Assembly (NCBI RefSeq): GCF_004010195.1
Contig: NC_057720.1
Span: 33,408,195 to 33,472,194, forward strand
DNA: 64,000 nucleotides
Reading direction: 5' to 3'
Origin: Chiloscyllium plagiosum
Lineage: Eukaryota
A program made the translations under genes and the position numbers. How positions within the stretch are numbered: position 1 is the stretch's first letter; each line of letters opens with the position of its first letter. Shown here in pieces: positions 50,420 through 61,754 of this stretch. The notes beneath the pieces are model-generated. The model was not told the origin of the DNA. It saw only the letters and a list, made by a program, of their open reading frames with translations, and ran no database searches.

Positions 50420-52398
50420 CTTGAAAAGACAAGAGTGATCAGACTTACTTGCTAAATTGCAATTTCCAGGATGCGGACAAGAAAGACTTCTTCGCATTAT
50501 TAGAAACAACACTACAAGACAACCAACTGCACAGAAGAAAGGTAGTCGTATTGACATTAAGCAGAAAAAAGGAAAGAAACACACTCAATACACAAGAAAG
50601 GAATGCACTAGAAAGACTAAAAAAAGATAAAAACATTGTTACTCTACCTGCAGACAAAGAATGCTTGACAGTCATCTTAAACCAAAAAGACAACATTGAA
50701 AAAGTGAACGCACTACTTGCAGATACCAACACTTACCAACAAGTGGCAATAGACCCAACCCCACAACTAGAGAACCGAATCACAGCCCTACTCAAAAATC
50801 TCAGAAATCTGGAGAAATAAATAAGATTGACTTCCAAAAATGAAACCAAACACCATGCTTCTACGGATTACCCAAAATTCACAAATCAGGAACCCCCCCC
50901 CCTCAGACCCATAGTCTCGCTACCTGGAACACCATCTTACAGTTTGCCAAGGAGCCACAAGAAAGACTAAAACACTTAGTAGAAGACTGACGCCACTCTA
51001 TCCACTCCACCCAAAAATTCCTGATACCCATCAAAGACAGGAAGATAGAAGAGGATGAAATAATGGTCTCTTTTGATGTAACAGCCCTGTCTACATCTAT
51101 CCACATCAACCTGGCCAAGGAAACACTGACTACTCTATTAGAAGACCCAAATGACACATACACCACGCACCACCAACTTCATCAGCAAAGACAGTATCAT
51201 CAAACTAGTGGACCTACGCCTTATCACCCACTTCACCTTCAACAACAAATCTACGGACAAACCAACAGAACACCCATGGGATCTCCGATATAAGGGTTCT
51301 TAGCAGAGGCAGTAATGCAGAGACTCAAACAAACAGCTCTGCCAACCATCCAACCCAAACTTTGGGTACGCTATGTGCATGACGCCTTTATCATCACTAA
51401 ATGAAACAAATTAGAGGAAACCTTCAAGATCACCAATAACACCCTTAATGGCATAAAATTCACTAAAGAGGAGGAAAACAACAACAAATTGCCATTCCTA
51501 GATGTCACAGTAGAGTGAACAGCCAATGGGGAACTTCAAACCAGTGTCTACAGGAAAACAACACATGCAGACCAAATATTGAACTACAAAAGCAATTATC
51601 CCAACATCCACAAATGAAGCTGCATCAGAATACTATTCCAACGAGCCACCACATACTGCAGCACAGAGGAACTATGCAGAGCAGAGGAAAATCACCTATA
51701 CAGTGTATTAAAAAAGAATGGGTACCCAATGAACACAGTCCACAGATTTCTCAGCAACAACCCCAAACAAGCAGACAAAATGCATCCAGAAACCCTAGCC
51801 ACTCTTCCCTACATGAAAGACAAGTCAGAAATGACTGCCAGACTACTGAGACTCCTTGGCGTCATCGTAGCCTACAAACCCACCAAAACAGTAGGTAATG
51901 AACTTGAAAGACCCTGTATAGACAACGAGCAAAACTAATGTCATGTACAAAATAGGCAGAAAACTAGCCACCAGAATACATGAACATCAACTAGCCACAA
52001 AAATGACATGACCCTCTCTCACTAATATCCTCACATACAGATGAGGAAGGACACCACTTCGACTGGGACAACACATCCATCCTAGGATAAGCCAAATGGA
52101 GACACGCACGAGAATTCCTAGAAGTATGGCATTCTAACTGGAACTCTATCAACAAACACATTGACTTGTACCCAATTTACCACCCCCTGAGAAAAAGAAC
52201 AGGAAATGACATCATCATAGGAAATGATATAACCACAGGAAATGACATCACAAACCCAAAGAAACCCAAACATATAAACAGAAAGCAGGGATCATTAGCA
52301 ATGCTTCATCTGGAGGCTCACTGAAGATGTTACCTAACATAGTGACGAAACGTCTGAAAATGAACCTTCCAGCTCAGTGAGCAAACCTATATCCAGAA
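50420..52398 (+). mobile_element. Near-full degenerate Penelope-like element (Poseidon-type RT plus partly deleted GIY-YIG)
   Basis: IVTLPADK, FYGLPKIHK, MVSFDVTAL, TPMGSPI, WVRYVHD (YVDD), LPFLDV, ATLPY, RIHEHQ; multiple stops and frameshifts. Confidence 0.93.
52318..52357 (+). ncRNA. Minimal type-I hammerhead motif, intact core (family D), in the PLE 3' end
   Basis: tca-CTGAAGA-T-GTTAC-ctaacata-GTGAC-GAAA-CG-TC-tga. Confidence 0.75.
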
Positions 52399-53261
52399 CA
52401 CTTACTAAGAACATGCTACACTAATCATGTTTGTCACTCACAGTCTTCTTTGTTTTAGTCATAAACAACAGTAATTGTGATGCAATATATCTCCTCAACC
52501 GCTTTGACCTTATTGACATGATTTACCACACTATTCTCTTCCAACATCTCTCCTTCGCCTAAAATGGTAGAACTACCCTCTTTTGTTTTAATCTCGTAAT
52601 GGAAAAGCTCTGTTTTAATGTAGTTTTGATTAACATTCTTCTTATCCAAGGTGAAAAATCACACGTATGACATCATCATTTCTTCACTCATTGTAAGCTC
52701 ACATTTAATTTGGCTGGATATATATAGCCAATACAGCAAACATTGTTGGGAATACAGGATAACAGGTTCCTGTCACATTAAGATAAAAGATTGACAAAAC
52801 AAAGACATAATTCAGCCTGTTAAGCCTTCCTATACATTTCACACTGAGAAGACAGGTGAATAGATAGTTTGCATAGTTCTCTGTATAAGTCTTGTCACTG
52901 GTGAATTTCATAAGAACTCATAGATATAAGCTGTGTTAAAAATTTTAAAATTGTTTTATGTTCAATTAATATTCAGCATAATGGTTCAAATAGCTTCAAT
53001 GCATGTTCTCAATGATCACCAACTTTATAATGTTCTGAATGTCATTTCCTTAAGAAATTCCTTTGAAAGGCAGGAGAAATTGTTAATTTACTTGACCAGC
53101 AGAGGGCATGCTTTTTATTCAGACAGGGAAGTTAAATGTAAATTTCTCCTGTTTAATCAACAAAGTTTCCATGCAACAATATAATTGATATTGATCATGG
53201 TTCAGATGTTTATTACACTTCTTCACGAATACACTACCTTCCAAACCAATAACCTCTACTA

Positions 53262-53480
53262 GGAGAAAGTGAGGACTGCAGATGCTGGAGATCAGAGTCG
53301 AGAGTGTGGTGCTGGAAAAGCACAGCAGGTCAGGCAGCATCCGAAGAGCAGGAAAATCGACGTTTTGGGCATAAGTCCTTCATCAGAATTCCTGATGAAG
53401 GGCTTATGCCCAAAATGTCGATTCTCCTGCTCCTTGGATGCTGCCTGACCTTTTGTAATTTTCCAGCACCGCATTCTCAA
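53262..53480. mobile_element. Palindromic family-A PLE-tail insertion with TSD, inside an L2 3' fragment (about 53220-53730)
   Basis: Back-to-back cores TCATCAG-aattc-CTGATGA (53380-53398); TSD caWtaacctctMcta at 53247-53261 and 53481-53495. Confidence 0.85.
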
Positions 53481-53969
53481 CATTAACCTCTCCTACCTGG
53501 AAAGATAAGGGCAGCAGATGCATGGGAATGCCACAAGTCTGAGTTCCCCTCCAAGTCACACTCCATCTGAATTTGGAACTATTTTGCCATTCCTTCATTG
53601 TTGCAGGGTCAAAATCCTGGAACACCTTCCCTAAGAGCCCATTAAGTGAACGTACATCTCATAGGCAGCAGCGGTTTCTGTAGGCATCTCATCATCATGT
53701 CCTCAAGGACAAATAGGGATAGGCCAACCACTGATACTCACACTAACAATACCAAATATGAAAAATAACAGTGTATTACATAAATATTAATGGAAGTCAA
53801 TGTTTAGGGGAAAATATTATGTATTGTAAAATATATGCTTTTGATATTAATATAAAGGGAACAGTTGATTATAATTAATGTGCTTCAACTCGGTGAAAGT
53901 GACTCTCATCTCTTAAAATCATTCCATTAAACAGGATGGTTGATGAAAGTTGATTTGTTGCAGTCTAAA

Positions 53970-54176
53970 GGAGAAAGTGAGGACTGCAGATGCTGGAGAT
54001 CAGAGCTGAAAATGTGTTGCTGGAAAAGCGCAGCAGGTCAGGCAGCATCCAAGGAACAGGAGAATCGACGTTTCGGGCATAAGCCCTTCGTCAGGCTTAT
54101 GCCCGAAACGTCGATTCTCCTGTTCCTTGGATGCTGCCTGACCTGCTGCGCTTTTCCAGCAACACATTTTCAGCTC
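53970..54176. mobile_element. Young palindromic family-A PLE-tail insertion with a perfect 83-bp inverted repeat
   Basis: Arms 54003-54085 and 54094-54176 with an 8-nt loop; perfect TSD gttgcagtctaaa at 53957-53969 and 54177-54189; minus-strand CTGACGA-A-GGGC-ttat-GCCC-GAAA-CG-TC. Confidence 0.93.
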
Positions 54177-54599
54177 GTTGCAGTCTAAAAACAAGCAGCT
54201 TATTGGTCTCTTTACTGGTTAGTTCCATGAAATGACACATTTAATTTTAACTGGTTTTGCCCTTGAGTACAGTTTGGAAATTATTAATTTGAATTTACAC
54301 AAGAAGGGACAAAGAAAGGAATGGTTCACCTTAACAATGTAACTGTTCATTTGGTCCCTAATTAAGATATACAATCAGATAAATGTGTTTGTTGCAAGCA
54401 TTGATACTCACTCCTTAACTAGTTTTGGAATTTTTCACATCCATTTCATTATTTATGTCATATATTTTTAGCAAGAATCCAAATGATTTATTTTCCAATT
54501 CTTGCCTTATTTTGTTCTACTTAGCTTTGTGACCATCCAAAAATTACTACACCATTTTTGATTTTGTTAGATATTTTTCTTTTATTACTTTCCTCTATT

Positions 54600-55612
54600 A
54601 TCGACATGGCTGGGAAATTGGTTGAGTGGCAAGTGACACAAAGTAGTGATGATGTGTTGGTACTCAGATTGGCAGGATGTGACCATTGGAGTCCCACAAG
54701 AATCTGTGTTAGGGCCTCATTTATTCACATTATTTATTAATGACTTGAATAATGGCATTGAAAGTATATATCCTAATTTGTTTATAACACAAAGTTAAAT
54801 GGCATTGTAGGTCATGATGACGATGGCATAAAATTACAACGGGGTATTAATAGACTGAGTGAATGTGCATAATGTGGCAGATGAAGTTCAAAGTAAACAA
54901 GTGTAGGTTATCCATTTTGGATGAAAAAGAACAGGTATACAGATCTTTAAAATGACATGAACAAGTCTAGAAAGTTATCACGAAAACTAGTGAAATTCTG
55001 GTCTTTATATCTCGACAACTGGAATACAACAATGCAGAAGTTATGCTGCAGTTATACAAACCCTGGTTGGACCCAACTTGGAAAATTGTAAGCAGATGTG
55101 GACATCACACCTTAGGAAGAATATATTGGTCTTGGAGGGAGTACAACATAAGTTTACAAGAATAACAAAACCTGGATTTCTAGGGTTATGTTATGAGGAG
55201 AGATTATATAAATTAGGCCTGTTTTCGTTAACTGTTACAAGGTGATACGATCAAAGTCTTCAAAAGATTAAACAGGAAAAGACAAGTAGAACAAAGAGAA
55301 ACCACTTCCACTCTTTGGGGATTCAAGAGCTAGGGGGCATAGTATGAGAATTTGGATCAGACTGTTCAAGAGAGATGTTAGGAAGCACTTCTACAAACAA
55401 AGAATGGTAAATGTTTGAAACTCTCTTCCACAAACAGCAGTGGATGCTGAATCAGTTGTTAATTATAGATAAATCTTTGTGAGCAAATGCATGAAAAGAT
55501 TTGGGTCAAGGGCAGGAATATGGAGTTAGGCCATAGATCAGCCATGATTTCATTGAATGTTGGATCACACATCAGGGGCTGAATAGCCTACTCCTGTTCC
55601 TAAGTTCCTATT
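54600..55612 (+). mobile_element. Old CR1 RT/3' fragment
   Basis: Degenerate GVP..VLGP, WQMKF, LVGPNLE and a ggggctgaatagcctactcctgttccta tail. Confidence 0.8.
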
Positions 55613-56299
55613 ATGACCACGTTTATGCAGGATGAGGGTTTTAGGCACATTTCTTTGAGATTGAGAATTACCTTTAAGTATTTGAAGCCTGACTCTCTCA
55701 AGATTAAGTATTACGAATAATATTTACAAGTACAGATGATCTGCATGAGATATGCCTGCTTTGGAGCAGTGAAGTATATACTCTGTGAATTGTCGGAATG
55801 CCTTCATCTTTATGATATTGGAAAGTTAGCTCCACATGTGTAGGAAATAAAAGCATAAAATGTTTGGAAATACCCAGCAGGTCAGGCAACAATGGTGCAG
55901 AGAGAAACATCATCAATATTTCAGATCATTTACTTTTTCGGACATGAGAAGTTCTTTAGACTAATCAGTTACGTTCTCTTTCTTTAATATATAACTTGCA
56001 ATCTATAAACTCAGTGACAGAGACAGCAGTCTTGAAACAGGTAAGATTTCATTCATGGATTATACAAGCTTCCAGTGCATATTGAGTCTGATACATTTTA
56101 AGACTAAAGATTAGCAGCCAGAATTGTATTAATCCATTCCTTAGAACTTTTTAAAATGTTAAACATTTACTTTAATGTATTCAAGCAAGCAAAGTATAAT
56201 AGATGACAACAGCTTGCATTTATATAATGTCTTTAACATAACAAAACATCCATGGGCATTTCATGAGGGATTATCAAAAAAAAATTTGACTCAGAATCA

Positions 56300-56860
56300 T
56301 TATGGTGCAGAAGAAGAAAATTCAACCCATTGTGTTGAAATACTATTCGCTCTTCCTTCTCTGTAACCTTGGGTGTGGCTCCTCTTTAATAATAGTCAAT
56401 TAAGGAATATAAATATTGACAGATAATTAATAAACATTCAGTGCCCTCTCGGATATCGTCATTGATCCTGCCTTCACCACAATTCCAGGCAATGCATTCT
56501 AGACCTGAACCACTCGTTGCATCAAAACGTTATTTCTCACATTTACTTCTTTTGCAAATTATGTTACATTTGTTCCCTCTCATTCTTGATACATTTAAGA
56601 TCAGGACCAATTTCTCCCTGTCTACTTTGGTCAGACCTGTCATGATTTCAAAAACATCAATAAAATCTCCTCTTAGCTCTATTCCCATTCAACAAAAACC
56701 ATTCCAACCTCTCCAACATATCTCAAGAGATGAAGTTTCTCATCTTTGGATTCATTCTTGTAAATCTCTTCCACAATCTCTCCAATGTTTTCACATCCTT
56801 CCAAAAATGTGGCACCCAGAACTATATACAATACACCTGCTGGGGTCTAACTACAGCTCA
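56300..56860 (-). mobile_element. Old CR1 3' fragment within an L2-like remnant (about 56205-57400)
   Basis: Reverse of VQFWVPHFWKDV. Confidence 0.65.
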
Positions 56861-57669
56861 GTGTTAGCTTAACCTCAGTGCTCTTGAATGCGAAAGCTAA
56901 AGATGGCCAAAAGTTTTATTGAGGAGTTAAGACTTAAGGATCATTTTAAGGGAGGAATGAAAGGGAAAAAAGGAAATTTATGGAGGGAATACCAAGTTTT
57001 TGGGCTTTGGGAGCTGAAAGGATGGATTCCATTTGTCAAGCAAGATAAAACAGACATGGACAAAGATAGAATTGGAGGAATGCAGAAATCTTGGATGAGT
57101 GTGGGGTTGGAGCATATTCCAGAGATGGGACAGTCAAGGATGGGAATTTTAGAATTGAGGCTTTGGCATATTTAGAGTTTATGTAGGTCAGAAGTCACAA
57201 GGATGTTGGATGATTGGGACTGTGTGAACTAAGAGACAAGCAACGGAGGTTTGGATGATCTCTAGTTTGAAGGGATGGTGAACAGTAGATTATTAGAACA
57301 CTTGAGCCCAGAGATGACAAACATATTGCTGTGTGTTTAGCAACAAATATGCAGTAATCTTAATAAATTGAAAGTAGCTGGCCTTGATTATGGAGAGGAC
57401 TGCAAGTTCTTTATTGAAAGGTTTCCTGACTGTGTTTATAGATGAACCACCAATGCTATTTATATATGTAAGTCTTTGAAAGCTATATTCAATTACATTC
57501 TAAAATATGCTTTTCTGAGATTTTGTATGTTCCTATGCACTACCATATTGTCCATTATGAATAAACAAGTTCTTTCTCTTTGTGGGTCTGGGAGCAGAGG
57601 GCACAATCACAGAATAAGGGATGACACAAGACAGAGATGACAAGAAATTGATTCTCTCAAGAGGATTTT

Positions 57670-57905
57670 TAAAAAACTCATTCATGAGATGAGGGCATCG
57701 CTGGCTGGCCAGTATTGTTTGCCCATCCCTAATTGCCCAGAGAGCAGTTAAAGTCAATCTGGAATCATATGCAGGCCAAATCAGGTAAATATGGCATTTT
57801 CCTTCCTCTCTATGACTCTAAAGGGCATTACTGAACCAGATGGGTTTTCCCAACAATTGAGAATGGATTCATGGTCATCGTTAGACTCTCAATTCCAGAT
57901 TTTTA
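57670..57905 (-). mobile_element. SINE (L2-tail family)
   Basis: gcccatccctaattgcccagag..., shared with 14445-14750. Confidence 0.7.
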
Positions 57906-58005
57906 GTAGGGAAAAAGTGTTGAGGAAACTGATGGAACTGAAGGCTAATAAATCATTTGGCCCTAACAAAGGGATCCGATGATATGGGGGGAAATTGCAG
58001 GAACA

Positions 58006-58332
58006 GTGGCACGGTGGCACAGTGGTTAGCACTGCTGCCTCACAGCGCCAGAGACCCGGGTTCAATTCCCGCCTCAGGCGACTGACTGTGTGGAGTTTGC
58101 ATGTTCTCCCCGTGTCTGTGTGGGTTTCCTCCGGGTGCTCCGGTTTCCTCCCACAGTCCAAAGATGTGCAGATCAGGTGAATTGGCCATGCAAAATTGCC
58201 CGTAGTGTTAAGTAAGGGGTAAATGTAGGGGTATGGGTGGGTTGCGCTTCAGCGGGTCGGTGTGGACTTGTTGGGCCGAAGGGCCTGTTTCCACACTGTA
58301 AGTAATCTAATTCAAAATCTAATTCAAATCTA
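58006..58332 (+). mobile_element. Well-preserved HE1 V-SINE
   Basis: ggcacggtggcacagtggttagcactgctgcctcacagcgccagagacccgggttcaattccc; CpGs retained. Confidence 0.95.
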
Positions 58333-59349
58333 ATAACTCGCTCTAATAAGAATAACCATAAATACGTCACTTCAGTGGTCACAGTTTTAAACTCGAGTCA
58401 AGCCATCTTTAATGATTGAATAGGTTTAGCTTTCAAACAGAAATTCACTTTAGTATTCTGTGACTTTTTTTAAAATTCCAAGTTACTGTAAGTTAATGAA
58501 CACTTAAAAGCTTTACACAACCCCTAATATTTGAAAGACTTGAGAGAATTCTAGCTGTCTCATATTCCCATATTTTAAAGGGATATTATGTAAGATAGGA
58601 GAAGGAAATCTTGTTTGAATTTCTTTGATAATTCAGTCAAAACTAATATTTCATCTCAGCTCCACACTTCAGAGATCTTCCTGCTTATTATTCTCTAGGC
58701 ACATGTGATACTCCTGAGAATCTTCTACTTCAACTGGTTGTGTAAATTTTTGATGGCTATTGAATGTTCGTGCAGTAAATGAGATTCAAGAAATTGTACT
58801 GAAATACAAAGATATCCAAGGCATTCTTGCTGTTTCAAACAAGTTCATTTCCTTTAATAAGATTTGTTTTAGGACAGAAGAGTTGAAATAGCTTGTAAAG
58901 ATTGACTGACCTGCAGTAAAGATCTTCGATGTACAAATCAAAATGACAGTTACCCCTAAACTCCTTTTGGTGAAACCACTTCAGGTATTTCAGTGCTACT
59001 GCTTTTGTATAACAGGGAAAGTTTATCATGGATAAACCTCTTGAGCTGCTGAATGGAAATATTGGATGTTTTCTTACTTAATGATAGATATTAGTAGGCA
59101 GATTACTGTGATGTATTGATGAGAACGTACATATAGTCTTCACATTAATTCTATTTCAAGATGATGGTCAAATTTCTGAAATTGATCATGTGGTCTGATA
59201 CGTATGAAACATTGACATCATAGAAAAGTTCCAAAGTATGAACATTTCACCTTCCAAAAAATAGTGCATGCTTACTCTGAAAAGATTGGATATTCTCCAC
59301 TTTTCTAACACATTTCCAAAGTTTTTATTTCTAAAGTATTATAGCTAAG

Positions 59350-59538
59350 AATCATAGAATTCCTACAGTGTGGAAACAAGCCATTCAGTCCAAGTCCACA
59401 CCGACCCTCCAAAGAGTAATCCACCCAGACCCTACCCTATCACTCTACATTTACTCCAAACTAATGCACCTAACCTAAACATCCCTGAACACTGTGGGCA
59501 ATTTAGCATGGCCAAGTCACCTAATCTGCACATCTTGG
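59350..59538 (-). mobile_element. HE1 SINE, 3' half
   Basis: Reverse complement of the HE1 tail. Confidence 0.8.
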
Positions 59539-60109
59539 AACTCTGCTTTGACTTTTCTGTGTCATGAAAACATCCTAACAATTTTTCCTTTTGTCATGTT
59601 ACTTGGAGTACTGAACTTTCTGCTGTCTTAATTTTAACTCTGTGCGGAATCTGTGCTTTGGGCATCTAAAATGAGTAGCACTCAGTAAGAATTGCCAAAG
59701 ACCAGTCAATTTTAACAATGCAGGGACAATGTCTCCATAGTGCAGACATTAAAGGAGAAATGTTTGAAGCTCACTAGCAACCATGAGGTATTTGCAACTT
59801 TGCCAAAGCCTTTATGAGTTTATGTGACTTATTTGCAACTTTAATGGAAGCTCAGAAAGTTACCACCCACTTAGCCCTAGCTTAGAGACCCTTGTGCACA
59901 AGATGGACACAACCTGCTGAACTATATCAAAAAGGTTTTCAAAGTGTTACCATCTACTGTAGAGGGAATATCGTTTTACTGTGTTGTTTCCAGTGGGCAG
60001 TGATCCATAACTCCCATTGTTCTAATTTATTTTGTAGGAAAGTCAACATTACGGGTCAGGATCATTCATCAAGACTGACCAGTCTGACCACTTATTATTA
60101 CAGAGTCTG

Positions 60110-61240
60110 CTATTACACACCACCCATTGTGATCCATTAGCAGGTCCATTAACAGCTATTCACCCTCCAACCCTAATCGTTGTCGGGTCCTTTGTCTGGC
60201 TAACTGCTCTTCTCTCTCTTTGGGCTCTGTCTCCAACTATTGTTTACTCCCTATCCTTATGGATAGTGACAAAGGATGTAATAGGTTAGAGAGAGACATA
60301 GATAGGATGCAGAGCTGGGCTGAGAGGTGGAAAATGGAGTTTAATGTGGACAAGTGTGAGGTGATACACATTGGACGGAGTAATCGGAATGCGGGCTAAT
60401 GGTAAGATTCTTGGGAGTGCAGATGAGCAGAGAGATCTCGGTGTCCATGTACACAGATTCCTGAAAGTTGCCACCCAGAATGACAGGATTTTTAAGAAGG
60501 CATACAGTGTTTGGCCTTTATTAATAGAGGGATTGAGTTCTGGAACCAGGAGGTTATGCTGCAGGTGTACAAAGCTCTGGTAAGGCCACACTTGGAGTAT
60601 TGTGTACAGTTCTGGTCACTGCATTAAAAGAAGGATGTGGAAGCTTTGGAAAGGGTGCAGAGGAGATTACTAGGATGTTGCCAGGTATGGAAGGAATGTC
60701 TTACGAGGAAAGGCTGAGGGCCTTGAGGCTGTTCTCGTTAGAGGGAAGAAGGTTGAGAGGTGACTTAATAGAGACATAAAAAATAATCAGAGGGTTAGAT
60801 ATAGTGGACGGGGAGAGCCTTTTTCCAAGTATGGGAACGGCAAACACGAGGGGACATAACTTTAAAGTGAGGGGAGATAGGTATAAGACAGATGTCAGAA
60901 TAGTTCCTTTACTCAGAGAGTAGTAAGGGTATGGAATGCTTTGCCTGCAAAGGTAGTAGATTCGCCAATTTTAAGTGCATTTAAGTCGTCATTGGACAGG
61001 CAAATGGACGTACATGGAATAGTGTGGGTGGGATGGGCTTCAGACTAGTATGACAGGGCAGCGCTACATCGATGGCCGAAGGGCCTGTACTGCGCTGTAA
61101 TGTTCTATGTTCTATCCTCTCCTCACCACCCTATCTTCTGTACATAAACCAACATTTTCCAAGCTCCATCAGTGCTGAGGAAAGGTCGCTCGATTAACTC
61201 TGATTTCTCTCCATAGATGCTGCCAGACTTGCTGAGCCTG
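60110..61240 (+). mobile_element. Family-B PLE 3' UTR split by a CR1 3' fragment (about 60260-61115)
   Basis: The joined flanks match the reverse complement of 29870-30145; CR1 [13 protein letters not shown] and (tgttcta)n tail. Confidence 0.8.
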
Positions 61241-61339
61241 ATATTGGTTTAACATAGTCAAATGTTAAACAAGACAGAGATACTTGTAAACTTCTATAAG
61301 GGAGCATGAAAAGGCAGGTTTGCAGATAGTGAGGCTGAT

Positions 61340-61632
61340 AGAATCATAGGGTCCCTTCAATGTGGAAGCAGGCCATTCAGCCCATCAAGTGGACAACATT
61401 CTGAACAGAATCCCACCCAGACACAAGCCCCAGTATATCTCTGTAGCTCCACATTTCCCATGGCTCATCCACATAGCCTGTGCATCCCTGGACAATATGG
61501 ACAAAAATTGCACATCTTTGGACTGCACATGAAAACCCATGCAGACATGGGAGAACAGTCAAACAACCACACAAACACCACACAGACAGTCACCTGAGGC
61601 TGCAATCAAACCCAGCCTTCTGGTGCTGTGAG
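61340..61632 (-). mobile_element. Diverged HE1 SINE
   Basis: Reverse head and tail. Confidence 0.75.
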
Positions 61633-61754
61633 ATCGATATTGTGAGTAATCTCACTGATCAAACAGTGAACCCACTGGCTGCGCCAAAAATTCGATCAGA
61701 AGCCCAATTCAGTCTGAGGGTTCTGATTCAGTGCAATGTTCATGGCAGGAAGGA

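Noticed and set aside
52455..52649. Minus-strand ORF MDKKNVNQNYIK... as a possible host exon
   Set aside because: No recognisable domain, no convincing flanking splice sites and no partner exons.
47363..54189. Recurrent repeats with a short hairpin, superficially CRISPR- or terminator-like
   Set aside because: Eukaryotic context, irregular spacing, individual TSDs and no cas genes; explained as PLE tails.
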